The translations under genes and the position numbers were made by a program. Below, in pieces: positions 13,034 to 26,374 of a stretch of DNA of 64,000 nucleotides; the first letter of the stretch is position 1; each line of letters starts with the position of its first letter. The notes beneath the pieces are model-generated. The model worked only from the letters and a program-made list of their open reading frames with translations. It was not told the origin of the DNA and searched no databases. Location: positions 186,001 to 250,000 of the forward strand of contig NW_019029022.1 in the NCBI RefSeq assembly GCF_002105155.1, given 5' to 3'. This DNA comes from Lobosporangium transversale (taxonomy: Eukaryota).

Positions 13034-15523
13034 ACTACTGGTTTTTTTTTCTTTCTTTTCTTAACAAAGAATAAAATTGGATTTTCGGATCAGGGAGCTT
13101 TTCTTTTTCTTTTTCTTTTTCTTTTTTTTTTAGTTCATGACTTGATGCCTCTTTAAACTTGAGCTGCATATGTTCCTCTGGCATCCTTTTAAGATGCCTA
13201 CTCTTTTCTCCCTCAAAAAAAAAAGAAAAAGAAAAAAAAGGAATGGGCATGCTTAGTTTTTTGACTCTTTTGCCATAGTTCTTTACTCGCAGAGTCTGGA
13301 GAGTCTGCACGAGATAGTATGCGCAAAGGTGCATTCACTACATATGCTGTATTTAAATAGGTGGCCCTTGATCGATCTACTTTATACTATCGATGCTGTC
13401 ATTCGAAGCCTCTGTCTCTGAGGCTGTCTCTGCTAATAGGTCTTAGTAATGATCTATTTGATACAATTAACCTCTAAAGGCCGATCCAAAGCTGAAGGAC
13501 TATAGCCGAATCCCTTCTGAGTTCCTTGAGTCTTTATCTATCGTAAGGAGAGGAGAGGAGAAGTGGACGCGAAAAAGTCAGTCTCGATGGACTACAATAC
13601 GCGGATGTGGTGCTGCTATCAACTTGAACAGGCACATGACCCATATTACCGTCTATGTTGGTGATGGCGGAGTGATCATTGTATATGCATATATTTATAT
13701 ATCAAACATGTATTTTTTTAAAGGCATAGCGGAATGTGTAACAGTTCAGATGTCAATGCGTTTCCCAGTGATTTGACTAACAGTTTTGAAAATGCAATTT
13801 TTGCCCGTCCCGTGTGTCAACTTTTTTTTATTTAATTCTTGGTTTTTAAATCCTGTGTTCCCCGCAAAAAAAAAAAAAAAAAAAAAAAAGTAGATTGTCA
13901 ATGTCACCATACTGTGACAATGTTCATTGTTGCATTGATTTTTTTTTTTTTTTTTTTTTGTTACAAATATTTTAACGGAAACGCGTGTTTAAAAAAAGTT
14001 GAAATGTCGCACATGAAAAAACATTAGAATATTGTTTTTCTTTTCCTCGTTTGAATACAAGCTGTGCAGGAAACCAACAATGACGAAATACGATTTATAA
14101 GGCTTTATATCACGGCCAATTCCTCAGGTATTGTTGTATCAAAAAAAAAAAAGACACGGAGGATGATTACAATTGAAGAAAACGCTAAGCTATTCCTTAT
14201 TGAGGAGAGTCTGGACAGAAAAAGAGAAGCGGATGTCCTTTTCTGTAAAATGAAATGTATGGTGCAGCATTTTGGAAATCCAATAACATGTGCAAAGCTG
14301 CAAAGGCTCTAAATTGTATTGAGAACAAAAGGTTGTAGACATGTCCATGCTCTTTTTTTTTTTTCCTCCTTCTCTTTCACAAGCTGCAGTAACAATCATT
14401 AGGACCAACACGGAAAAATACGCGACAAAGTCTAAGAGGGGAGTTTCGCTACCGTTCATTTCCGAGATTTTTTAGCTTAAAATTAAAATGAATTCTAACC
14501 GTCATCCTATGTCATTGTAGCTGCAAATGCACGAAAAAAAAAAAAAAAAAAAAAAAAAAAAGCCCTGGTGTCCAAGTCAATTCCGCTTCCACCCTTTCAA
14601 GGTGCGGAAGGGGACCGACGTATGCACAAGTGTATCGAATAAGGGCATCATTGTCTTGTTGGATAACGAACAGTGGCCGTTCAATTGGGTATAAAAAGGG
14701 ATAGCTTTTTTTTTGATTTCCCATATCCAACTCGTAACTCTTTATCGTCGCTTGTATAATATATCTTTCTTTTTTCTCCTTTTCCTTTGTAAAGTACATG
14801 ACATACGGAATGGTAAGTCTGATAGTAGAGATGGTTGAGATGATATGAATCTGTCAATGATTCCATGGTTCTTGTGTCCCTTTGATGGATTGAAATTCCG
14901 CAAGATGTTTAGGAAAAAGAAAACTGCAATGCATGTTTTTTTTGTCGATCTTTTCTTATTTTTACATGTGTCATGCTATTCCACAATTTATTTGCCTTGG
15001 GAGATCCGATTGAAGCAGCGCTGTTCTCTAGAAAGACGTTTTCAATGGCTGAATCTGTTGAGCGTGAGCGTGAGAGAATGATGAAAAGAAGATTACGATT
15101 GGAGAACAGGTTCTCGATGTAGAACATGATTTGTCTATCCGCTCCAGCTGCAAAAAATAAACCTTTTTGAACAAACTCGAACTTTGTCTTTGACTCTCAT
15201 TGTCAGGTCTTTCCTTCAAATAGCATCCTCTCCTCTCTCTTTCTCTTCTCATTCCTTTCTTCCTTCTTCCTCATTCTTTTCTCATTTCACCAAACCACTC
15301 TTTTCACCTCTATACTTCTTCTATTTTTTGTATGTCCCCCCCCCATAATTGCTATTACTTTCGCTATTGCTTTCCTATTGCTATTGCTATTGATATTGCT
15401 ATTGTTATTGTTATCACCATTTGTTACAACTATTAAGTATATGTATGTCTAACATTTCTTTGATTTCCTATCATTATTATATACTATTGCCTTGACTGGA
15501 CTTAGTCTCCAGCTCCTAACAAC

Positions 15524-15967
15524 ATGGTTAAAGGTAATGAGCGAGAAAGGAGGAAAAAAAAAAAAAAAAAAAAAAACATTCCTATTTATCATACCTTTCT
15601 TTTACATTAATTCCTTTGTTCACTAATACGATTATTATTATTATTGCTGTTATAATTTTATAATATAGTCGTCATTTGCGGTGCTGCTGGTGGTATCGGT
15701 CAGCCTTTGTCTTTGCTCTTGAAGCAATCGGATTTAATTTCGCATTTGGCTCTTTATGACGTGGTGAATGCAGCTGGTGTCGCCGCAGATCTGTCACATA
15801 TCAACACAAAGTCCAAGGTCACAGGCCATGGTAAGGAGAGCATGGATGAGGCCCTAAAGAACGCACATACAGTCGTTATTCCCGCAGGTGTGCCTCGTAA
15901 GCCTGGTATGACTCGAGATGATCTCTTCAAGGTAACAAACCCTCCCGTTTATTGCATTTGGTTTTGT

Positions 15968-16003
<36 letters not shown>

Positions 16004-16985
16004 TGACAACTTGTCTTTTTTTTTTTATTATTATTATTATTCTAGATCAACGCGGGTATTGTGCGCGATTTGGCTGAAGGCGTTGTCAGAAACTGCCCCA
16101 ACGCGTTCGTGCTTGTCATTTCGAACCCCGTCAATTCAACTGTACCCATTGTCTGTGAAGTCTTTAAGAAGCACGGTATCTTTAATCCTAAAAGGTAAGT
16201 TTCTTTCATCTCACTCCGTTATCTATTTACGGCTTGCGGATCCACCCACAAAGAAAAAAATGAACTGAGCACTGCGTGGGGATAATTAATAATGTTTTAC
16301 GATAAGCAAAGCCCCATTTTTTCTCCACTTTTTTTTTTTTTTTTTTTTTTTCTACAATTGCTCATGATAAAGGATCTGTCTTATCTAACCCACAAAGTTT
16401 TTGTTATTGTCATTAATTAGGGTCTTCGGAATTAGCACATTGGATGTAGTGCGATCTTCCAGATTTGTTTCCGAAGTTAATCCCAAGATCGATCCTGCAA
16501 CCCGTGTCACCGTTGTTGGTGGCCACTCGGGTGTCACCATCGTCCCTCTGTTGTCTAAACTCCCTCATGGGTTCGTAGACTCCCTCTCAAAGGAACAACT
16601 CGATGCCCTGACACACCGTATCCAATATGGAGGAGATGAGGTCGTAAAAGCTAAAGATGGCGCTGGATCTGCAACTCTCTCAATGGCCTATGCAGGTGCC
16701 CGATTCACTCTGGCATTGCTTGACGCCGTTATCGGCGGTAAACAAGGATTGATCGAGTCCACCTACGTGAACCTGGATGCGGATCCACAGGCCACAGCTT
16801 CATTCAAGGAGAAGACTGGACTAGAATATTTCGCTCAAGATGTCGAGTTTGGTCCTGAAGGTGTGAGTAGAATCTTGCCTTTGCCCACGGTCTCTGCGTA
16901 TGAACAAACACTCTTGGACAATGCCTTCCCAGAACTCAAAGCCAACATTTCCAAGGGCGTGTCTTTTATTACCGAGAGTGCTTAG
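15524..16985 (+). CDS. MDH: NAD-dependent malate dehydrogenase (no mitochondrial presequence), 4 coding exons
   Basis: [69 protein letters not shown]. Confidence 0.95.
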
Positions 16986-17157
16986 ACCATAGGAAAAAAT
17001 TAAAAAAGTCTTCCTTATGCACATCCTCTCACTACTTTCATTTCGAGCACAGTCAAATATATACTTTTGTAAATAAAGAAAAGCAAGCACAAGTTCAAAT
17101 GCGCGCACTTTTTTTTTTTTTTTTTTTTTTTAATTAGAATGAAGTGATAGATGATGG

Positions 17158-18540
17158 TTACATATGGCTGATCTGTTCCTCCTCTTTATACCGCCCTTCT
17201 ACATAATCAACCACATCCTTTCCATAGACCTCCAACAAATCTGCATCCTTAGGTAATGCCAAATGCCTTTCCATCTCCCGTTCAGTCAAGACAACTGCAT
17301 TCAGCAGACTCAGCTTCTCATCTCTTCTCCACCGACAGATCGCGATCTTGTCCATACTAGCCGAGATGGCGCTTCTGCTTCGGAACATTTCCTCCACAAG
17401 GTATCCAATATCATGGCGATTCAATGGGAACTTGCCGTTGCCATCATCGTCGCTGTCGTTATTACTATTGTCTACAGGCATGTTGAAGCGTGTCTCCTCT
17501 AGAGCCTTGAGATTCCGATGTAGACGCTGATAGAGCTCCATCCGGAACTTGACTGATAACGGCTCCATCTCCCAGCCTCCTAGCTTACAGATGATAAATG
17601 TTGCCATCGACATACCAAACATGGCAGGCAAAGGCACCAACACTGGCAGCTTGGTATTGGAAGGAAAGTCAGGAAGGATCCGATATCCATTGTCTGGCGT
17701 CTCTGATCCTGTTAATGGCAATGATGTCTTTTTAGGCTTGATTTTATAAGGTTTCTCTGAAGAATAGACAACTTCAATGCCATAGTCCACGCCAAGTCTC
17801 TTTAATCTGCGACGCACCACTTTCGCCAAAGGATCCTCTATGAAGCAAGCAAAGGATAAAAAGGAAAGAGAGATAAGCGACAAGTAAGAAATAATAATGA
17901 TAACACTAATCCTAATATTAATCTTTAATACCAATAAAAAAAACAAAAAGGTTGTTTTTACCAAAAGTCTCAGAGATATCACTGATCAGCACGCGAGAAG
18001 GGTCTGCCTTGATGCCAGCACTAAGCGAGCTAATCGCAGGGATCTGGTTCTCGTGACAATACTTGAGTAACTGTAACTTTGTTCCTAGATCTCCAATGGC
18101 ATCAACAACATAATCTGGTTTGTCTGCAAGAAGTCTAGCGGCCGAATCCTTATCAAGTCGTTCCACATGAGCATCTACCTCCGCCCAAGGCGCAATTTCC
18201 CTGAAATACTCTTTTAAAGCTATGGCCTTGGGTTTGCCAATGTCCAAGCGACTAGCACTCGCATGAAGATTCAATCCTGTTAATGAAATCTGATCAAAAT
18301 CAATGATCCGGATTTTGCCAACGCCACTCTTGATAAGCATACTAGCGGCCCAGCTCCCAACTCCACCTAATATTATTTATCATTCATATGGATCATGGTT
18401 AATAAAGATAAAAATAAAAACATTCGATCTTCACTCTCGTGTCTTAACAATTAGAGAGAACACAATTTGGAGAGCTGAAAATCATGAAATCACAATTTAT
18501 TCTTCTTATTCTTCTTCCTTTTCTCCTTCTTTTTCTTCTT

Positions 18541-18571
<31 letters not shown>

Positions 18572-18983
18572 TTTCCTTACCTGCTCCAACAACAATCACA
18601 AAAGAATCACGTAGTTTCTGGACACCTTCCTCGCCCAAGAACGCAATGTTCCTAGCCAATTGCTCTTGGATCAGTTCCTCACTGAATTCTACTTTTTTGC
18701 CAGTAGTCTGCTGCTTCTGATATCTATGTTGCTGTTGTTTGTATCCATCATGACTGATATGCTCTAATGACTCCATGTCAAGGACAGGATCCGACGTTGG
18801 CTTGTTTTTCTTCAGAGTCAATGAACGACCGTTCTTGTTACGCCGCTGCAAACCCTGATATCCTAACAAGACGGCTGCAGTACTGACAGAGGCTGCTGCA
18901 GCAACCAAAACCATCTTGGTCGATTGTGAAGAATTTGAAACAGCTCCAGGTGAAAGCGAGAGTTTTTCCAATGTAGCCCACAT
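17158..18983 (-). CDS. TCD: ThiF/MoeB-family tRNA threonylcarbamoyladenosine dehydratase (TcdA/TCD1-2-like) with N-terminal membrane anchor, 3 exons
   Basis: EQLARNIAFLGEEG, VIVVGAG/GVGSWAA, IRIIDFDQ, PDYVVDAI, ADPSRVLISDISETF/EDPLAKVVRRRLK, VVYSSEKP. Confidence 0.9.
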
Positions 18984-20247
18984 TTTTTTTTTTTTCTCAG
19001 CTGTTCGTATGTATCTGGGTTATATGGGATATGTAAAGGGATCCAGTACTATTAATGTTGTTCTCTTTGTTCTCTAGCTGATCCCGCCGTTTTATTTTAG
19101 TTGGTGCAATCACCTGTATGAGTGCTCCTGCTTTGGTAATAAGTAACTCTTTCGTAACAGACCAAAGATGCGACAGCGAATGAGCAAATGAACGAAAAGC
19201 CATGAATAATGAGCTCATAATACTTAACATAAACATTAGTGGAGTCTTGGAGAAAGTCACTTTTTTTTTTTTTTTTTTAGCTTATATCCCACGCATTTTC
19301 TGTATTTCCCATTCACAGATGCATTCTTTCAATATCCAAGCCTATTGCTTTCAGATCAACAATAAAAGAGATTCGCCAACTTAAAAACAATATTAATGAA
19401 GAGATCAATATTTTCTATATCTATATACTTCATGAAGTGAAAAAAAGTATGCGTCTAGACGAGAAAACGGGTATAAGATTACTCTTGCTTTTACAAAACT
19501 TCAAAATTTCAGAATGAATACATTTACAATAGTTGCAACACAATTCATGAAGTCTCAATTTGTAAGAGAGGAGTCAGCAATTATGGTATGGAAATATATG
19601 ATATGAACCCATTGCCTTTGATTTAGTTTTTCGTTCCGTAATGTTTATCTTGTCGCGACTGTGTTCAGACTTTAATACCAAACAGTTTATTACTTGTTGC
19701 ATTTGTTGTAACCATCTAACTAATTTTTCATTAATGTTACCTTTGTTCCTTGACTTGGCTTACATCTGGACAATCTTCCCGTTTTCATTCATTCATTCTT
19801 TCTTCCTTATATGCTTCGCCTCAAGCAGAACAAAAGCTTTTTTTTTTTCCAAAATGATCTATCATTCATCTCCGTTTCATCCTTTTCTCTCCTTAGATAC
19901 TAATATTTATCTCCTGGATTCATACTGCTTTATCATGACAGTTATTTTTTTTTTTTCCACTTTTTTTCGTTCGTAGGCAGTATAACGTATCAAAAAGTAC
20001 ATCCACTTTGATCCTGATTCTTTCATAGTTTGGAAACATCAAAAAAAAAAAAAAAAAAAAAAACCCTCCTCTTCGCTTTGCGCAAAGTACAACCAGAGAA
20101 ACATAAAGAAAAGAGGGATAAAAAAGAGTAGTCACAAAGGACTTTGTTGCCCAAGAGAATTATCCAAGCTTAAAAGCATGGTTTATTACTACTCTGCAAC
20201 AGCGAATGGATTAAGTAAGGAAGGAAGAGAGGAATCAAACAAGATAT

Positions 20248-20852
20248 TTAAGCCTCCTAAAGAAAATAGTAATTCATAGAAACAATTAGATTGTGTATTA
20301 CAGTGTTAAGGTGATGAAGAACATCAGGCACAAAAAAAAAAAAAAAAAAAAAAAAAAACTTACGGGAATCTCAATCTCACCGGCATCGATGGCATCGCCG
20401 ACGTCCTTAGGATTCTGGCCATCGACAGTGCATCCGACCGAGAATGCAGTTCCAAGAATCTCCTTGACAGTACCAGAGAGCTCGCGAGCCATGGACTTGG
20501 GGCGCATGATACGTGCAATCTCAATAACATCATCGATCGAGATGTTGCCGTTGTGCTTAATGTTCTTCTCCTTCTTGCGGTCACGGGGAGCCTCCTTGAG
20601 GGCCTTGATCACCAACGAGGAAGCCGAAGGGACGACCGAGACAGCGGCCTGACGGTTCTGGATGGTCAATTGAACAGTAACACGAAGACCCTTCCAGTCC
20701 TGAGTGGCCTTGGCAATATCTTCACCAACCTTCTTGGGCGAGAGACCGAGAGGACCAATCTTTGGGGCAAGAGCAGACGAAGCTCCAACCTCTCCTCCGG
20801 TAGCACGGAGGTAGATGATCTTGATCTCATTAGGGTCCAACTTTGGTGGCAT
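20248..20852 (-). CDS. RPL12: 60S ribosomal protein L12 (uL11)
   Basis: [48 protein letters not shown]...IEIP. An intron (20257-20363) is followed by the terminal micro-exon GAG GCT TAA. Confidence 0.97.
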
Positions 20853-21226
20853 GCTAATAATAAAAAGTGAAATTTATTGGTAAGCATTTGTTGTGACATT
20901 TATTTCATTGGGAAACGTTTCTCTTTCATCAATTGAGCGCAAATCCTGATAGCCAGAAGGAGCTCATGGATGAAGAAAAGTAACTGCCAAATAGAAATAA
21001 TAGATGCGATACATCGTATGTATAATGGTTTAATGGATAGACAGATGGATGGATAGTTAGATGACACGGATGCTGCAATGGATGCACAAACATACTTGAT
21101 ACAATTTCTTGATAAAAAGAGAGAGAGGGAAACACCTTGTGGACGAAAAATTAATCCTTTTCCCTGTTTCGGAGAAAAACCTTGTTTTATTTTACAGTGC
21201 TCAGTGGAGCAATGTTCTGCTTTCCA

Positions 21227-23284
21227 TCAATTCCAGCCTATATCTTCAGGGAGAGCAACGCCCATGAACCCAACACGCAAAGCTTCTACAGTATTATTGC
21301 TCCTGCGTGTATCATGCACCCACTTCTCAGATCTTTCCCACAGCTCCATCGCATCCTTGCCTTCTCGGACAGCATGTTCTGCTTCGACAGTGAGCTGAGG
21401 CGTAAACACAATAGCTTCTTTAGCAGCACTATGGTGCTTGTAATCGTCCACAGGCTGTGTGATCCTAGCTGGGAAAAGCTCTGCTCCATCTTTCGTCTTC
21501 ATACCTGCAGTCTCTCCATACGCAAAGTGGATCCACATCGTCTGCACTCGCTCTGAAAATCGCTTTTCTTCTTCAGTCAAGACCTTCTCGAGCGCATAGT
21601 CTGGACCAAACACATAGACTAAATCAATACCATGATGTGCACCCCAACCGTGAGATTCATCCATTGCCTTGATGCAGCTATCAAAGTAGAACTGATATAG
21701 CTTGAGTCCTTCTCCTCCTTGCAACGATGAGTGAGTACTGTCCAGATCTTTGCGCTTGGAGAGCGCTCGTAAGGTGGAGAAAATCGGATAGGCGAATGTG
21801 TGATGCTCAAACACATGCATAGATCCTAGTTTTGCGCTCAAGTTAGTCTTAACTTTCCCATACACCTTTTCCCACAGTTGTTGGCTAGCTTCATCAGGGG
21901 GACAAAATTTGCTTTGTATCCTTGAAAATGCCTTTAGATTATCAGCACCAATCACTGATAAAAACATCTCCCCTCCGTTCGACATATTTCCGATCATGAC
22001 AGCCTTGACACCATGATCGAGCATATCGGCCTTGTGGACCTGTACGCGGATATCTTCAAGTATCATCACACCATCCACATAAGGTGAGAACAATCGGACT
22101 TTGTTAGACCCTGCAGCTCGACCCAACTCCTTGCTAGGTACTTTTTTTAGTAGCTCGAGCTTCTCTTTCCCACTCAGCTCCTTAGGGATATTAAAGTAGT
22201 CGACCAAAAAATCGAAAAAGAGCTTCCCTTCCATATGAGATCGAATAGTTGGGAGACCATTCGAAGCGCTGGAATGCATGATTGCCTGATGGAAGAGGCC
22301 GCGGTGTTGAGGAATCAACATATGATAGCCAATACTCGAAGCACCACATAGCTCACCCATAGCGGTGATATTAGAAGGATTGCCACCAAATGTCGCAATA
22401 TTGTTGTGTACCCATTCAAACGCAAGACGCTGGTCTTGAAGTCCCCAGTTGCCAGCGACTCGCTCATAGTCTGTCGTGAGCTTTGGATCCGACTTAATAT
22501 CCTCTTCAAGCTCAGGGCAAGCGAAGAACCCATGGAAATTAAGTCGATAGTTGGGAACAACCACGATCACAGGACGTCCAAGCTTAGCTGCTTGATGAAC
22601 TAGATTGCTACCATCTGGAAAACTCGGTGTTGTTTGAGTACTTTCCTTCTCTCTCTCTTTTTTTTTTTTTACGGTCTTTCTTTCAGCATAATGATAAGAG
22701 GATACTCTTATTTTAAGAACTATCAAAGCTTACCATAGAGTTCCAAAGAATTGGCACCGTCACGGTACCCACCTCCATGGATAAACACAATGACAGCTGC
22801 ACCTTCAGCATTCGCTACTGCTGGCTCGGTAGTTGCCTTCTTCAATGTGTCCTCATGCACAAAAATGTTAAGGTTCAGACAGTGCTTTTCATCGAACTCG
22901 GCGGTCTCATCGTCAATGTCGACAGGTGTGCAAGAGCTAATCCTACTTGTAAAGCGGTCTTCTCTTTCACCTTGAGGACAGATGGGTCTTAGGAAGATGA
23001 AAAGCACACACAGATTTATCAGGATATCAATGAATATTGAATAGAACAGCCACCACAGAACACTTTAGTTACTACTACTGCTGTTGTTGAGCCACATACC
23101 CTTGTTTAGTAGCATCACGGACACCGGTCCATGGTTCAGGCTTGACAGCGGGTCTCCATCTCTCTTGGACAACACCGTATGGGACATTCAAGTAACGGGC
23201 CACACGCTTGCTTGAATCGAAGGAGCCTTGGAGGATACCTTGATTTACAACATGGATTTGGGGTGAAGATGACAAATTAACCAT
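21227..23284 (-). CDS. Type-B carboxylesterase paralog 2 (nucleophile elbow degenerate: GELCG)
   Basis: Three exons with the same structure as paralog 1. Motifs HCLNLNIF, IHGGGY, GNWGLQDQ and GAHHGIDL. The catalytic Ser position reads Leu. Confidence 0.88.
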
Positions 23285-23699
23285 ATTGGATGGTAAAGAA
23301 AAAAATTGAAGTCGCAAAGAGTGATAAAGAGGGGGGATGTTGATACTTTTTATCCTCTGATCCAATGCAAAGCAGTAATCTTTTTTTTTTTTCTTGCATT
23401 AATAGCCCCCTATTCATGCGTATACTTATCAAGGTGGGCAAACAACATCAAAATAATCCCATCAAGCAGAAAGGTAAACGATGAGAACCAGAGCTAGAAG
23501 TTCTATCGGTAGAGACTATATTGAGTCAATAAAGAGTCGTAGAAAGCTCTTCTTCATCTCTCTACGAGTTTAGTTACAAATCCAAATGGTTTGCACCGTC
23601 AGAAGGTCAAAATATTTGTACTTTTAGTTTATTTATGATTCGGTACTTCTGTTCTCATCTCTTACCATTGTTTTTTATTGATATTAAAGTGTGCTTACA

Positions 23700-25925
23700 T
23701 ATGCTATATCAAAATGCCTCCTGACTCTGCGCCATCCAAAGCTGTAGAGGATGAAAATGATACTGTAGTTCAGAAAATCTCAGCTCTATGAAACCTCATC
23801 ATTCCTTCTGCATATTTGTTTGAGACTGCACTGCAAATGCATCACTACTGCCATTGATGATGCCGACTGTAGGCATATTAAAGTATGGCTCCTCTAGAGC
23901 TTTGAGGCTCCGATGTAGACGTATATCCAAAACTTGACAGAAAACGAAGCGATTCCATTTCTCAAGGACTCAGCTGGGAAAGAAGGCGAATGCCTCTACG
24001 CTTAAAATTTAACTGGACAATGAACCCGCGAAGGAAATTGCTCTAAAGGTGGCCAGAACTACCACCGGTTTTCTCAAGGCTTTTGAAACGTACTACCTCA
24101 ATTTCTTGACTGACGATCTCTTCTAGATAACAGACCTTGCTGTCTTACCACGTGAAGGTGCAAATACCTTCGCAGACAGAATAAGTCAATTGTTGAGGCT
24201 GTGGGCTACAACCCACGGGTGTACTCTTCGGAAAGTATTGTAATTAAATTTGCAGATGATTGGCTTTCAAAATGTTAGTACAATAGATGCTATTACTCTA
24301 TCTTGTAATAATCGCACAGTTGAGTGCAGAGTCAGCGTAATGCCTATGGGATACTACGGCTTCCTTATCGGAATAGATCTATTTTACCGCTTCGGCTTTG
24401 AGGCCCATGACGTAGCTACAGTTATTGCTTAAAAAGCGGATGATTTCTTAGTTGATGAAAGTAAACCGTCACTTGTGCCTTTTACTATGAAAGACCAAGA
24501 GCTAGAAACTGAATTCAGCGAACAGAAGAAGCAGTTTTTATTAGCCATTGAGCCCTTCCTACACCCCAATAGCCAGATTGGCCCTAAGAGTCACTACCCA
24601 TTAGACATTATGCGAGTCCATCTAATAGTCAGAGATGACGATGACTGTGCGATTCAAGAACACTCTCGTAGGGTTTACGCGCAAGTAGAATGGATGATGC
24701 CAATGCCACCGTACAGAAATGGTTAGGCAGCGGAATTATCGCTGAGGCGCCTAAAGGCAATCCCTACAACAACTCTCTCACGCTTGCAGCGAGAAAGAAC
24801 TTAGAAGGCGAAATTATTAAATATAGAGTCTGTCTTGGCCCAGGAACGCTGAACAAGCAGCTCGTGGATATTGATAACTTTCCTATGCTCATTGTATGCG
24901 AAATGTTGGAACGAGTTGCAGGTCATAGGTATTTACTACGATTGACTTGTCACAAGCATATTACGGATTACCTCTAGATGAAACAAGCCAACCCTACACT
25001 GTATTCAAAAACATGAATAAGCAATACATGTTTGTCTATGCCCCATTCGGGTTGCAGCCTATGACTAGTATCTTCCAAAAAGGAATGTCTCAATTGCTTG
25101 GAGATCTCCACTCGCTAACGTTTAAGTTGACGACATTGTCATCTTCTTCGACAGCATTGAAGAGCACACTGAGCATGTCAAAATGCTGATTACGCTCCTG
25201 ACAAGTGCCTTTACGATTATTAATAGGGGAGAAAGCAATTTCCATCGCATGAAAGTCTTGTTGCTCGGGTTCGTCATCGATGCAAATGGTGGAAGGATTA
25301 ACTCAGAAAAAGTCGCTACTGCTCAATCATGGACTCCTCCCACCGATGACAAAATGGTACAAAGATACCTTGGAATGTTTAACTACTTCAGAGAATATAT
25401 ACCCCTCTTTAGTACTTTGGCAGCACCTTTGGATAAATTGAGCAGCGCCAAAGGAAACTTTACACTTGGCGATCTGGAAATGCGTTGTTCCCAATCAATT
25501 AAAGCAGCTCATCATATCGGCACCAGTACCGTCATTCCCTGACTTCTCCTAGCCATTTTATGTGGTCACTAACGCATCCAATTAAGACATTGAAGAAGTG
25601 CCACGAGTGACGCCTACTGGTGGTCAGCAAAAGCAACTTTTAAAAGATACACACAGCTTTGGGTACCTTGGTATTGATGCCAAGGTCTTGTCATTGCAGC
25701 AGCAAGGGCATAACTGGCCCAAAATGAGTGAAGCATGCAATCGATGGATAAGGCGATGCTCTCCTTACTAACACTACAATATAGTACGTAAAGGCTATCA
25801 TCTACTCAAAGCGATACACGCTACTCTACCAGATGAGCACATAGCCTTTGATCTAGCTCAATTTCCTGTCAGTTATGCAAGCAACGAATACGCTCTTCTC
25901 GCCGTAGATGTATACATTAGATTTT
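23700..25925 (+). mobile_element. Degenerate Ty3/gypsy retrotransposon relic
   Basis: Fragmented RT (PYNNSLTLA, YRVCL, DLSQAY, PFGL, VDDIV), YLGMFNYFREYIP and integrase Zn-finger remnants, with many stops and frameshifts. No LTR pair was recognised. Confidence 0.85.
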
Positions 25926-25955
25926 TTTTTTATCGAACCAATACCGATCTCTGGA

Positions 25956-26290
25956 TCATCTTTCGTTACTTATTACATCCAGCCTACAGATGGCAAATGT
26001 TGCCATTGACATGCCAAACATTGAAGGCGAGGACACTAACACCGGTAGCTTGAAACTGGAAGGAAAGCCAGGAAATGCTTTTAATGGCAATAATACCTTT
26101 TTAGGCTTGGCTTTGTAAGGGTTCTCTGAAGGATAGATGGTTTTGTTCCTGCTGTTCCCACTACTTATTCTAGCTGTTGCTATAAGATGTATGAGCTCTC
26201 CTGTTTTGGTGACAAGTAGCTCTTTTGTAACAACACAGGAGTATACCAGCGAGTGCGGAAACCCATAATGAACGTCTATACTCGACATAA
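25956..26290 (-). pseudogene. Degenerate partial duplicate of the TCD locus (exon-3 piece joined to the sequence upstream of TCD)
   Basis: SENPYKAKPKK..LPL..FPS..KLPVLV..PSMFGMSMATFAICRL matches TCD at ~17570-17770. TKELLVTKTGELI matches ~19090-19190. Confidence 0.8.
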
Positions 26291-26374
26291 ATACACTTTC
26301 TTTTATTTTTTACTAGCGTGCTTGGTTAGGTAAAATCCTATTCTGTGAGGCTTGTGTAAAGAAGTGTATCAAAC

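Noticed and set aside
16983..17003. Stop-codon readthrough giving a cryptic peroxisomal PTS1 on MDH
   Set aside because: The stop is TAG-ACC rather than TGA-CTA, and the extension TIGKN* is not a PTS1.
18500..18570. Arg-rich coding extension of TCD exon 1
   Set aside because: It is a (CTT/AAG)n microsatellite inside intron 1. The donor follows VVGAG.
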